Both the position numbers and the translations under genes were made by a program. A DNA stretch of 45,250 nt, counting the filler, from Sphacelaria rigidula (lineage: Eukaryota), in assembly GCA_964200075.2 (NCBI GenBank). It is 2 parts of 2 records of this genome, joined end to end, with 100 filler letters (N's around TTAATTAATTAA, not from the genome) between each part and the next. Parts side by side here need not be neighbours in the genome. Positions count along the whole stretch, not along the records: positions 22,689 to 45,250 come from CAXNAA020000328.1; 1 more part is not named here. The stretch is one strand, 5' to 3'. Positions 34,986-45,250 of the stretch are shown piece by piece (positions within the stretch are counted from its first letter, which is position 1; each line of letters starts with the position of its first letter). Under the pieces are notes generated by a model. The model saw nothing but the letters and a program-made list of their open reading frames with translations. It had not been told where the DNA came from and did not search any database.

Positions 34986-35798
34986 GTAAGCCGTTTGGAT
35001 ACAATATATCCTCCAAGGCTGTTTGATGACATTCGGTAGCTACTATGATGGGCCTGTTGTGTCGCCGCTGGACTCGTTGCCTTGTCTAGCGCGACGGATT
35101 GTATCATGCACAAAGGCAGGCACTTCGTTTCATCTCTCGGTACTGGTGTAGCTCTCGTTCTTGCTCTTGAGGCCGGACATCCTTCGTTCGACTGAGCCCG
35201 CCAGGTTCTGATTGCTGCATACCGTAAGGATACCTGGGAATGCGCCCTCTTCTTCGCTCGGGGAGCGAGAGCATCCCTCAACATGCCTTGAAACCAGGAG
35301 TACTTGCCCCGCTTTTTGCGTTGTTGGCCCAAATCCTCATTTTCCTTGTGGCTTGCCAACTCAAGAACACGAGGCTTCATTTCCGCAGCTTGCTGCCTGT
35401 GACTGTATACCGAAAACGTTTCGGACCCACCCTACAGTAACTGTGTTGGTAGCTGTGTAGATACTCTTACATGGGTCTCCAAGCCTTTTTTGTGCAAGAA
35501 TGGATCATGTCGACACTGCTGGCCATTTCGTGCTGGCGGTAACTGTTCGCCCGTTTTTAGACAGGAACCACGCTCGACTGGGATCATGACGTTGTTTACG
35601 ATAATCGTGATCTCTGTTCCATGGATTGGATGTGCTGCCCATCGCGCGAGTTGTTGGGATGTACTCCGTCGTGGGTTTATTTTGCTTGTGAGAACACTCG
35701 CGTTGCGGCAACTCAGCTGTCAGTGTGCATGCGAGTCCATCTCTCACTGACTCCGAACAAATCCTACCGCCTCTTTCCTTCTATGTGGGGGCGTACAG

Positions 35799-36181
35799 GT
35801 ATACCAAGAGCTACCGCTGAGGGGTTTGCGCTGATACCCAAGCTGAAGGTCAGGCGTCTGAAGGGAAACCCTTGGGTTGAACCGCCGTCCGATGTTGTCC
35901 AAGATGGATGGCGACAAATCGTCGGCTACTACGACGCGTTGGCACGCTCGGGCGCAACGAGAAGTCATAGGTTGAAGATGGTACTGGTTGGTGCGGTTTG
36001 CGTCGGAAAGACGACTATGGCAAGAGGCCTACGGGAGGGAAAGCCGACCCCAACGAAGCAGAGCGAGCGCACGCGGGGTGTCGACGTTCACATAGAGCCA
36101 TAGAGACCGAACCCTGCTCAGCCACTCGAGGTAGTGATGTGGGACTTTGCGGGACACTCGGATTACTACTCAACGCACCAG
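35799..36181 (+). pseudogene. ROCO exon: LRR C-cap plus ROC GTPase G1-G3, with in-frame TAG
   Basis: gtacag|GTATA...CACCAG|gtgaag; ...LKGNPWVEPP...LKMVLVGAVCVGKTT...ERTRGVDVHIEP*RPNPAQPLEVVMWDFAGHSDYYSTHQ. Confidence 0.92.
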
Positions 36182-37025
36182 GTGAAGGGTACCTGCATTA
36201 TTCCCGGGAACATACTGCGAATTGCGGCAGGCACTCCGTGCAGAGGATAGCCACACCACTCTACCGAGGCCAGTGCCCAGTGTAGTAGAGTTGAGGAATT
36301 TCTCGGATCGAACGGACGCATAAGCGTTGACGGCAGTGCGATAGCATCAGCAGCAGCACCCAGCCCGGGAGGGCCGGCATACCCCGTCGCTGATTCACAT
36401 GCAAGTTCTGGTGGTGTGCAGGAGTCTCCCGCGGTCGTAGCGCCCATGACACGTGGTCAAAATGGGAATAGTAGCAGCAGTGATGACGGGATGTTGCCGT
36501 TGACCCTGCATTGAAAGACGCCTTGCATCGACGGGGTTCCGGATCGTGCTTGACAGGTCATCCTCCATCACACGCCAGCCGAAAAAGGCTTCACCGAGTT
36601 TGAGGGGTACCCAACCCCAAAAATACAGCGTGGGGTACTTGGAGTACTCAGTACAATTTCCAGTACCTCGAATACCTGGAGTGAGAACCACGTAAAGACG
36701 GCGCGGGAAGGATCGAGTACGTGCAGTACCCGCTCCCCCAAATAATAGGAATTCCAGAGCAACGAGTGTATCAACTGCCGACAATACGGAGTGTTCTGGA
36801 GTACCTGTGGTATTGCTACTAAAAATGTACTAATTATTCCAGAGTACGTGAACTTTCGGCACCCTAAATTACCTTCACACGGACTGTTCCCCATCCTAAT
36901 CTTCACTCGCAGCTTCGTACCCTTCTACTTCCTGCCAACGGGATCCACAATTTGTTTGAAAACATCAACGGTAACATATTTTTCTCCCTTGATTCTCCGC
37001 TGTCTTTTTGTACCGCTGCCACCAG

Positions 37026-37722
37026 CTGTTCTTGACCGACGGGGCTCTGCAACTGCTGATCGTGGACCTCAACAAGTTTTACCGTAATCCGTCCTGTCGG
37101 AGAGACGCTTCGTACATCTGGCTGGATGCCTTGTTGTGTCGGGTCCCTGGATGCGCAGTCTTAGTTGCCGCAACCCATTGCGATCGTTTCGGTGAAACCC
37201 GGGGGGCACGTCGCCGTAGCTCTAAGAGGTCTACAGGCAGACATCAGCGACCACTTGAGGGGAAAGAGCGAAGAATGGGCGCGTGCCGCAGCCGCCACGC
37301 GCAGGACTGAAGGAGGACATGGCCACACAGCGCGAGCGGTGCCCTCCCTCACTATTTGCGGCGTGGTGGCAGCTTCCGGCCGTGACCCAGATGATCTTCA
37401 CCGTGTTCGGGATGAGATCTGCCGACTTGCTGGAGAAGATGGCACAGATTCGGACGGCAGGCGACTTTTCCCCAGCGTCGGTCAGACTGTACCAGTGTCT
37501 TGGGCGAGGGTGGGGGCGGTGGTGGAGGCTTTGCACGAGGGCGGTGATCCCTCTGCGGCCGCGAGGTCAGTTGACAATCCCGTGGTTCCGGTCGAAGCCC
37601 GCGAAAAACTCAACTTCGTGACATGGGAGGCGGCGCTGGAGGAGTGGTCGACAGTAGTCAACGCCCTCGAACTGACGACAGAGGTCGGGGAAACGTCTGG
37701 CGACACGGAGCGAGTCCTCCGG
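37026..37722 (+). pseudogene. ROCO exon: ROC G4 and COR start, +1 frameshift
   Basis: caccag|CTGTTC...CTCCGG|gtgaac. LFLTDGALQLLIVDL...WLDALLCRVPGCAVLVAATHCD is in one frame and HVAVALRGL...LFPSVGQTVPVSW in the next. Length is 697 = 3n+1. Confidence 0.88.
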
Positions 37723-38022
37723 GTGAACACATAAGAAGCCTTGCCAAGTTTGGGCATATATATATATGTAATATATATATACTGACGCTTGAACGCACTT
37801 TTCCTGAATGGGCACGTCGCCTGCGCGCACGTTTTCTCGCGTCGATGTAGCGGCACTGTATCGATGCGTTGTTCGACATCTCCTGTAATCGAGCTACTGT
37901 TGGGGCTTGCGTCTTGAGTTCCCGTCGACGTTGCTGCACCCATTCTCGGGTGGCTGCCCGCAACTTCCGTTCGTTAAATTTGCTGATACCGTGGTGTTTG
38001 TCTGCTCCTGCGAACTTGGCAG

Positions 38023-38865
38023 GACGCCCTCAGGATGCGCCAAACGGAAGGCACGATGCTAGTGGCCTGTAACCTTGTTCATCTCGACCCTTCATGGATC
38101 AACCTGCTCCTGCGAGCGCTCCTAGACCACCGCCTCGCAGACAAGCGGCAGGAGGAGGAGTGGAAAGAGCAGCTCGCGAAGTACAGCGCACACTGTGGAA
38201 TCCCCTTTCCGGAGTTGGCGAGACTCCACAAGAGCTTCATCAGAACTGGCCGACTCACGGAAGAGTACTTGCAGTTTGTTTGGCGCGAGGTTGCAGGGCT
38301 TGACCTTCCGAAAATCTTGAGCCGGATGATCGAGACGATGTCAACGTACGGTGCTATGTTTGTGTGTGATCCCAGCCGGGATGTGGAGAGGCAGCTGTTG
38401 GTTCCAGCGCGTCTGCCAAGGGCAGTGGACGCTGACACTCTGGCGGAGCTGCAGTCAGCATTTTCCACGGGTGTGGAGATGCGATTCATCATCCGTATTT
38501 TCTCAAAGTACACACCTGCAGGGATCATCGCTGAGTTCATCGCGGGCTTTTGCTGGACTGGTCGTATCATATTCCGCGACTGCTGGAGCCGGGGCGCAGC
38601 GTTTATCATGAACGGCAGGGAGCACCTGGTCTGCCTCCACCAACCTACTGCTGAGACGGAGGCGCATATTGATATCAGCATCGCGGGCAGCACCCAGGAG
38701 ACTGTAGCCGACCACGGCTCCGCTGTCGTGGAATCGCTGTACAGATTGCTCTTGGAGAGATACCCAGGACTATTGTTCGATACCTCCGGTGACCCTTGCT
38801 TTATCACCGGCACCGACGCGTGGCAGAACCGTTTGGAGGACCATCTGGAAAGTTTGCTTCACAAG
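38023..38865 (+). pseudogene. ROCO exon: COR domain (open, 281 codons)
   Basis: tggcag|GACGCC...CACAAG|gtgtgt; LVHLDPSWINLLLRALLDH...LLVPARLP...CWSRGAAF...YPGL. Confidence 0.9.
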
Positions 38866-40493
38866 GTGTGTGTGTGTGCGCGTGCTGTTTGCTGTGGTGG
38901 TTGTTCATCGTGATGATTGTATTGCCCTGCAGCTGTCTTCAATGGCACAAGAATACACATCAAATGACGTATGTAGTGTGGCATCCCTTGAACGGCGTTC
39001 AGCGCATGTCATTTTGAGCTCTAGGCAAGCGAAGACTCCGATCGGTGTAGCGCTGACCAACGCGCATCACGAGTTGGAAAAGGTGTGAGCGCACCTGCGG
39101 CAAGATATCACTAGTGAGCGAGAGCCATCAAGGTTTACTGGGAGCGAGAAACGTGTTTGCTTTATTGCGGTTTCCTTCAATTGGTCTCCGCGTATGCATA
39201 GTTCCCGGTACTCAGTTTCTACATATGGCCTCTCGTTTGATGAATTTTGGCACGCCCTTGAAGGTTGGCTACGGTTGGCGTTCGGTGGAGAATCGGTAAG
39301 CTTCGTCAAAACGGACGGTCGAAACGCATACGAACCCAACACGTAAAAAGTACCGAAATCGTTTTCCTTCTCCCCGACCAACGTCTGCTGTGTCCTGCTG
39401 TGGTTCAATCCTGAAATTGGGAGTTTCGACTGACATCGAAACGCCAATATGTCGACTGTCGTCTGCAGTAGTGATATATACCATTCGCTTGCCACGGTTT
39501 TCCGTCAAGGCGGGATCCGCTGTGTGTTCTTCTCGCCGCGTGATCCTTCCAGTCACTCATAGTTAGCCGTTCCATAACCCGGAGACCATTCATTATGGGC
39601 TCACACTCTGTCGTGAGACGAGCGGGAGCCGGTGTTGCGTCTACCCTCGGCCCCAACGCTGCTGCGGATGCTTTTCATCCCCTTTCAACAAGTTGTAGAG
39701 ATGAGTTGGTTCGGGTTCAAGTGGGTTACGTTTCGCCGTTGGCACGATTGTTTTTGGTTTCAGATGGCGAATAATGACTGTAGCCATGGATGCAGGCAGA
39801 GTCGGGGACTCACCGAAGATATATTCCCAACTCCGCAGGAGGAATTTGAATGAGTGGATGGGGGCTGTATTGAGGGTTATACGTACCATGCATGGATACC
39901 GGCGGTGGTAAGTGATGAGTACTGCTCTTGTGGAGAGCCCATACCGTGTTGCGTGAACTCGTGCTGATGCGAAGCTGCAGTGTTTTGCAGAATGTAGATG
40001 CAGTGCGTACATCTACTACACTTTCGTGCTTTTGTTGAATAGGTTCGCGTGCGTAATCGCTCGGTAGATTGTTTCAATTTTCGTTCCGAAGACGAGGAGC
40101 TCCAAAGACTGAAACTGACGCCATTATTGGAGGGTTGCCGATACAGGCTTGGGTTCACCTACATGCGACCAGTCACGTGTAGGGTACAGGTTCAGGGCGG
40201 ATGTGTACAATAGAAGCAGTATTGCACAAGCTGCACAGAGCAGAGTGCAGCCCGTTGTGTGCTTACACGACAAACAACTTTATATTTTGTTCGAAGCAGA
40301 TCATACCTCAGCTGAAGTTGTTGTAGGGTTAAGCTGTAGCAATATCCATGAAACCACAGTCTCTGTGCAGCTCATCCGTGAGGGTTAGGAATACAATCTA
40401 CGAGTCTGTTTGCTTGCTGATTGTGCGGTGTTTCTGAGCTGAGCCTGATTCCCACAGCCATCGCCGCTTTTGATGCACGCTTCCGTATGTCAG

Positions 40494-41314
40494 CTGCACC
40501 GAAATCTCGAGGGCGTGCTTGACGGCATTCTGGACGCCTTTGAAACGCATGAGGTGGGTCGGGCGGAGTCTCATGCTGTGGTTCTTGGGCAGCTTGATGA
40601 GGCCCTTGTTCGGAGATTGAACGAACTGCGCCTGGACATCGGGGAAGACACCACCAACAAACTCAACAGCAGAGCGCAGTCGCTGTTGGACGATCTTGGG
40701 GCGAAGATGGACGGAATGTTGGCCCGCGGACTCACTGATTCCGACAGGGAAATATTGACAGGGGTAGCTCACAATGTTTCGTGCCTGCGGTGGCCTGTGC
40801 CCCGATTGGCGTGTCTCCTGCCGGAGTATGACCAAACTCTCAATGAGAACGATAGGGTTTACTCGCGCTGGTCTGCTCGACTGCAGGCATGGTGCAGTGA
40901 ACGCGAGGAGGCGAGTCAGGGGACGTGCTGCCAGAAGCTGAGAATATTCTGGCGAAGCAAGGAGAAGGTCAGTCGCAACCTGCGGATGTTCTTCCTCTGA
41001 GCACATGACTTGAGCTTGGCGGAATGCGGGTCTGATGGGCAGGGGTACGAAGTATATTGGAGTGAGTGAAGCAGGCGAAGCCGTTGGCGAAGTTGGGGCT
41101 GATCCTGGGTAACATTGTAGTGAAGACGTGCACAGGCTTGTCGCTTCCCATCAATCAGTTCGAGTCTGCTTTTGGAGATACGGTGGGTGGGCCTTTATCG
41201 GATATGTTCGAGGAGATAGAGACTGTTGCTGCGGAGAGGTTGACGACCGCGACGGAGATTCTGGACGGCGAGGAGCAGAAGCAGCGGTTGAAGCACTTGC
41301 TAGATGCAAAGAAG
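40494..41314 (+). pseudogene. ROCO exon: helical linker and C-terminal region, two stops and a frameshift
   Basis: tgtcag|CTGCAC...AAGAAG|gtaggt; ...WPVPRLACLLP...LRMFFL*AHDLSLAECGSDGQGYEV / ILE*VKQAKPLAKLGL...; length 821 = 3n+2 between two phase-0 introns. Confidence 0.83.
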
Positions 41315-42762
41315 GTAGGTTAGGCATACTGGACTTGCTTCTCGTGGGGTAGAGGACTGGTGATATCTGCCGCCGCGACCCCTCGGTTTAACTCGTACAT
41401 TTTGAAAACTGCTTGGGGCGCCGTGGGTACAAATCTCTATGTTTTCTTCAGAAGTGTCTGATACCCGTCGCTTGACAATGGGAGGACTTGAGCAGTAGAG
41501 AAATTTCGACGAAAATCTACACGGTGTGTAAGTGTTGAGTCATGACGCAATCCACGACACCAAAAATGTCAGGCATCTCCGGGAGATCCGGGAGAGACAT
41601 GCATTGATCCCTCTAGACCATAGATTCATCTCGAGGAACGGGAGAAGTTACAATCATGGCGAAGAAAAAGGGGGGAAGCATCACCCCGTCCATGGGAGGG
41701 GGTGCACTCATAATGGCGTAAGCCGTAGCCATGAGACCGTTGACTTAAAATCCCTACAACGCCGGGACAGAGCACGCCGGGTGTTAGCCAGACCAGGCTC
41801 GCAATCACCAAACGCGAAGCGCCGTGATGTGTTCGGCGAGTCGCAGGAGAGGTGATCTGTATCCTGCTACGATTGTTCGGCTCGAAGCGTACTAATTTTC
41901 TTGCATATGGATGACCGCCTCGAAGAAGTTGCTTCATTTTCGGGTACCGCCACACCCAGAGATAGCCATAGGTTACATCGCCTCATGGGGGTCTCACCAT
42001 TTAAGCACTGTGTAGTACGACCATCCCATTTGGGCAAGTGTTGAGGTTCTCTACTCCGCACGAAATGATTTAGGTCGGCACCACCATCATGATTACCGCA
42101 AAAAAAATGCAAACGAGAAAAAAACGGCAACCTGATTGCCTAGCTTACTGATTGCCTAGCTTGCGCAGTAAGTGGCGTGTTCCACAGCGTCATCGCCAAC
42201 CGACGCCAACACTTCGACAGGGGAAAAGTTGGACGTTTCTAAGTATCATTGTTTTTGTGCCACGCGTTAGGCCAACCGCTTCGCGTGCCCTATAATTGGG
42301 TCTGTCCCACAGTCCCTTCATCATTATACCATCATCACACGATATGGCTTTCTACGAGTAGTCGGCCACTATGTGGTGCTTTCGGCATGTACTACATTCA
42401 CACGTTTGCTGTCGTCGTGGAGGTGTCAGTTGCTCCAACGAATCTACGGGTCATCGGATATTGTGGAAGATATCGTGCACTGCACTATATGAATATATAT
42501 AGATATAAATATCCGGAGCAACTTAACGTTCGCTCTTGCCACTTCACGAGTCAGCAGATATTGAAACAATTGAATGAGATCCAACGGATGCTTTTTTTTC
42601 TGCTCTCGGTGTCCGTTGTCCAGTCCAAGTAGCGTTTACGAACAGCGCCGATCTGTCCCCTTACGCAGGTAAAGAAGCCCACCGAATTTTATGATCTACA
42701 CGGTGATAATGTGCCGTACTTACCTTCCATTTTCGTTCTCCTCGCCCAATGACCCCATCCAG

Positions 42763-42981
42763 GCGAGCCCACGCCCTGCGGATGGATTTGAGTACGACCG
42801 GCTAACAGAAGTTGCCAAGGGCTTCGAGTCGGAGGAGATTAAGTCGAACAAGGGAGGAACGACGTTCCGCAGTTTTGACAGCACGACCGCGTTTGTCGAC
42901 GAGGGTGGCCATGGAGTAGAGTGGGGTTGGGTCAGGACTTGCAATGTGGGCGCGTTCAGACGTGATTGTCGTGCGCTGTAG
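42763..42981 (+). pseudogene. ROCO terminal exon
   Basis: Pyrimidine tract + atccag|GCGAGC; ASPRPADGFEYDRL...VDEGGHGVEWGWVRTCNVGAF...-TAG; phase 0 matches the preceding donor. Confidence 0.75.
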
Positions 42982-44283
42982 ACGTCTCAGGTGTGAAAGT
43001 CTAGGTAATAATGTGAAGCTCATGATTGTGAACGTGAACCGCGGTATTTGGTCGATGTGGAAGATGTAGAGCCGGGTTATTCACGTCATGTTTGGGGTTG
43101 CGTTTGGGTTATTTCCGGCGCTTGTGTTGAAGAAATATTCTTGCATTCCAGCAGGAGGGTAAGGGGGAGGGTTGTGGGGCTGTTGGCGTTTGGTGGGATT
43201 CGAACAATGGTGAATGATAATGCGGAGGATGCCAGGAGGGTATGGACGGATGTTGACATCCCAGAAACAATTCACTGGACTTGTCTCTTGTTGTGTGCTC
43301 CTTGCGAGCTCGCTTGTGAAGATATTGCATGCGCGGAAGGGCTCCTCCGCAATACTACGACGAATGGGGTGATGGACCTCCCACATAATCCAGTATTAAC
43401 GGCAGCCCGTGCATCCACGGCGCGGAAATCCTCGTGCGTCGACAGCGTACAATTGTGAGGGAACATGAGAGTAGTATTTTCGAGACGAGTGCATCATACT
43501 GGACAGCTCAGATGGTCGTGTCTATGGTAATAGCCTTGATGCGGCTGGACCCCGCCCTTGAGGACAACAAATTGCGCGGATACATATGATGCGGTCGTAG
43601 TTTCACTTCGTGCTTGCAGTCGACGGATGGTCGGTGAGGTGCAAGGCTTGTTGTGCCTCGACACCCTTCGACTTGCGCGAAAACGTTTCGATGCCAAAGT
43701 AAAGTCTTCCACAGGTGTCACCCTTGATGCGTCGGTCTGTGCCGCGAGTACTTAGGGATTGCCGGCATCACTGTCTCGTTCTGCCGTGGTTTCAGAGTAT
43801 CGCTATTGCGGGGAAAGGAAAAGAGTAAAGGGTTGGTTTCATTTCGTGGTGTTTCACCTACAAGATGGCTTGGTTAGAAATGTCTCTGCCTGTGTACGAG
43901 CCGTGCACGTACGGGGTAAAGGTACAAAACAGTAGTACCTCGTACAGGGACGTCTTCGCACTTTTTGTTTCGATCGAAAAAGTGCGGGTGTTTTTTTTCT
44001 TGCCAATCTGATAGGTCAACCGCATTTATGTTCCTTGAAGGCTTCAACTCGAAATTATAATCAGGCCGTGTCTTATCAATTTTTTTCCGACTCGAAAACA
44101 TACGGTCGAATCGAACTGGTCGTTGCGAGGCCGAATCTGATACGCCCACAGCATTTATGCTCCTAGATGGCTTCAAGTTCATTTTATAATTAGTTGCGCG
44201 CGACGGGCAGGGTCAAAAACAGAAAGCTTAGCTTTTTCGAGCGGAACGAGCGGCGGAATGAACAAAGCGGCACGTAACTCCCA

Positions 44284-45033
44284 TGTTGCAGACAACCGTG
44301 CCAGGTGCCAGACACTACCCTTTCACAGAGGCACGCAAAACCCAAATGGTTCATTCGCAGCTATCTACTCAACGTTGCGGCACAGATCACGTACTGAGCG
44401 CAGGGATACATACGCGACAGGGATAGAAACCGACACCACCACTGTTTTGGCATGATGTGTTCTTTTTCGTTGGCGAACACTTGGGCATCCAGTTTTGTGG
44501 CAAGGTTCACCGACGGAGTGGCGTGTTGGGATGGGCGATCGAATTGTCAACAACGCGCTCATGGACAGTCGAGGCGGTGCAAAACTGCGCGTAGTTCAAA
44601 CCTGCTTCGCATCCTCCTACATGCAGAGAGTCAGAAAGCTGTGCTGTCTGTCAAATCTGCTGTGTTGCATTGCCCGCTTCTTTTCCACATCGCGGCTGCA
44701 TGCTGCGCGAAACACACACACTACTATATACACAACACAGTTGTACAGGCCGCCACTGTGCTTGTACAGTCTGTACTGTGACAGTTTTCTGTACTATGCT
44801 ATATATTTGGGTGAATAATAAATGAGTACCGATGTTGTGGACAACCCTGCCAGATACTACCCCTTCACAGAGGTACGCAAAATCCAAATGGTTCATTCGC
44901 AGCTACGTACCCAACCGTGGGGCATAGATCACGGACTCAGCACAGGGATATATACTGTAGCAGTGACAGAAACCGGTACCACCATACTTTTAGCATGATG
45001 TGTTTCTTCTTGGCAAAAAATTGGGCATCTACT
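44284..45033 (+). repeat. Pair of ~200-bp direct repeats (44284-44493 and 44833-45033)
   Basis: Shared TTCACAGAGG-ACGCAAAA-CCAAATGGTTCATTCGCAGCTA, AGATCACG-ACT-AGC-CAGGGATA, GCATGATGTGTT and TTGGGCATC. Confidence 0.85.
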
Positions 45034-45250
45034 TCCTCTGTCCCATAAGTAAAGTTCGTTATGGGGGAAAGATCGTATATCGCCAATGGAGTTGCCCACG
45101 ACGCTATGGTTAGGTTTTTTTAAAAGTTGTTGACATGGTGATGCTCGTTGAGCAAAAAAAAAAAACTGAATCGAAATTTCTGAGAATTAGTGGGTCAAAA
45201 AGTGGGCATTTTGGCGGGAATTTGAGATTTTTTTTAGATTTGTTTTTGAG

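Larger units (their letters stand above)
23735..42981 (+). pseudogene. LRR-ROC-COR (ROCO-family LRR-GTPase), probable pseudogene
   Basis: Exons: N-cap 23735-23926; LRR 24925-24987, 31377-31448, 33028-33099, 34914-34985; ROC 35799-36181; ROC/COR 37026-37722; COR 38023-38865; C-terminal 40494-41314 and 42763-42981. GTPase boxes: GAVCVGKTT (G1), RTRGVD (G2), WDFAGH (G3), ATHCD (G4). Lesions: TAG 36101-36103; +1 frameshift in the G6 run 37201-37206; TGA 40998-41000; frameshift near 41052-41056; TGA 41063-41065; no in-frame ATG in the N-cap exon. Confidence 0.88.

Noticed and set aside
38079-38813. 244-aa minus-strand ORF (also 40398-41006)
   Set aside because: These are antisense shadows of the GC-rich ROCO exons.
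40998-41000. Selenocysteine TGA at a probable Cys position
   Set aside because: A frameshift and another stop follow within 70 nt, and I could not identify a SECIS. A nonsense mutation is simpler.
42132-42162. 16-bp tandem duplication CTGATTGCCTAGCTT(A) as a TSD
   Set aside because: The copies are adjacent with nothing between them. It is a simple slippage duplication in an intron.

Overview
This is intron-rich eukaryotic DNA, most consistent with a brown alga (Phaeophyceae, Ectocarpus-like). The taxon is inferred from gene content, GT-AG multi-kb introns and the repeat landscape. Almost all ORFs in the supplied track are spurious. Two spliced + strand genes can be rebuilt by hand. (1) A tyrosinase-family (type-3 di-copper) gene with 9 visible exons (6722-19281) that join into an open 505-codon frame carrying all six copper-binding His; its 5' exon(s) were not found in the window. 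(2) An LRR-ROC-COR (ROCO) gene (23735-42981) in which each LRR is its own phase-1 exon. It has three intact 72-bp cassettes, one 63-bp deleted cassette and one half-cassette fused to a LINE RT fragment. It also carries three in-frame stops, two frameshifts and no in-frame ATG, so it is most likely a recent pseudogene. Introns and intergenic DNA are packed with MITEs (TA, 8-bp and 9-bp TSD classes; one nested; three carrying telomere-like tracts), LINE remnants, tRNA-derived SINE heads, a probable decayed Helitron/PIF1 helicase and a small palindromic repeat array. An artificial contig joiner (N44-TTAATTAATTAA-N44, 22589-22688) separates the two genes, so their adjacency is unproven. No CRISPR array or rRNA is present.
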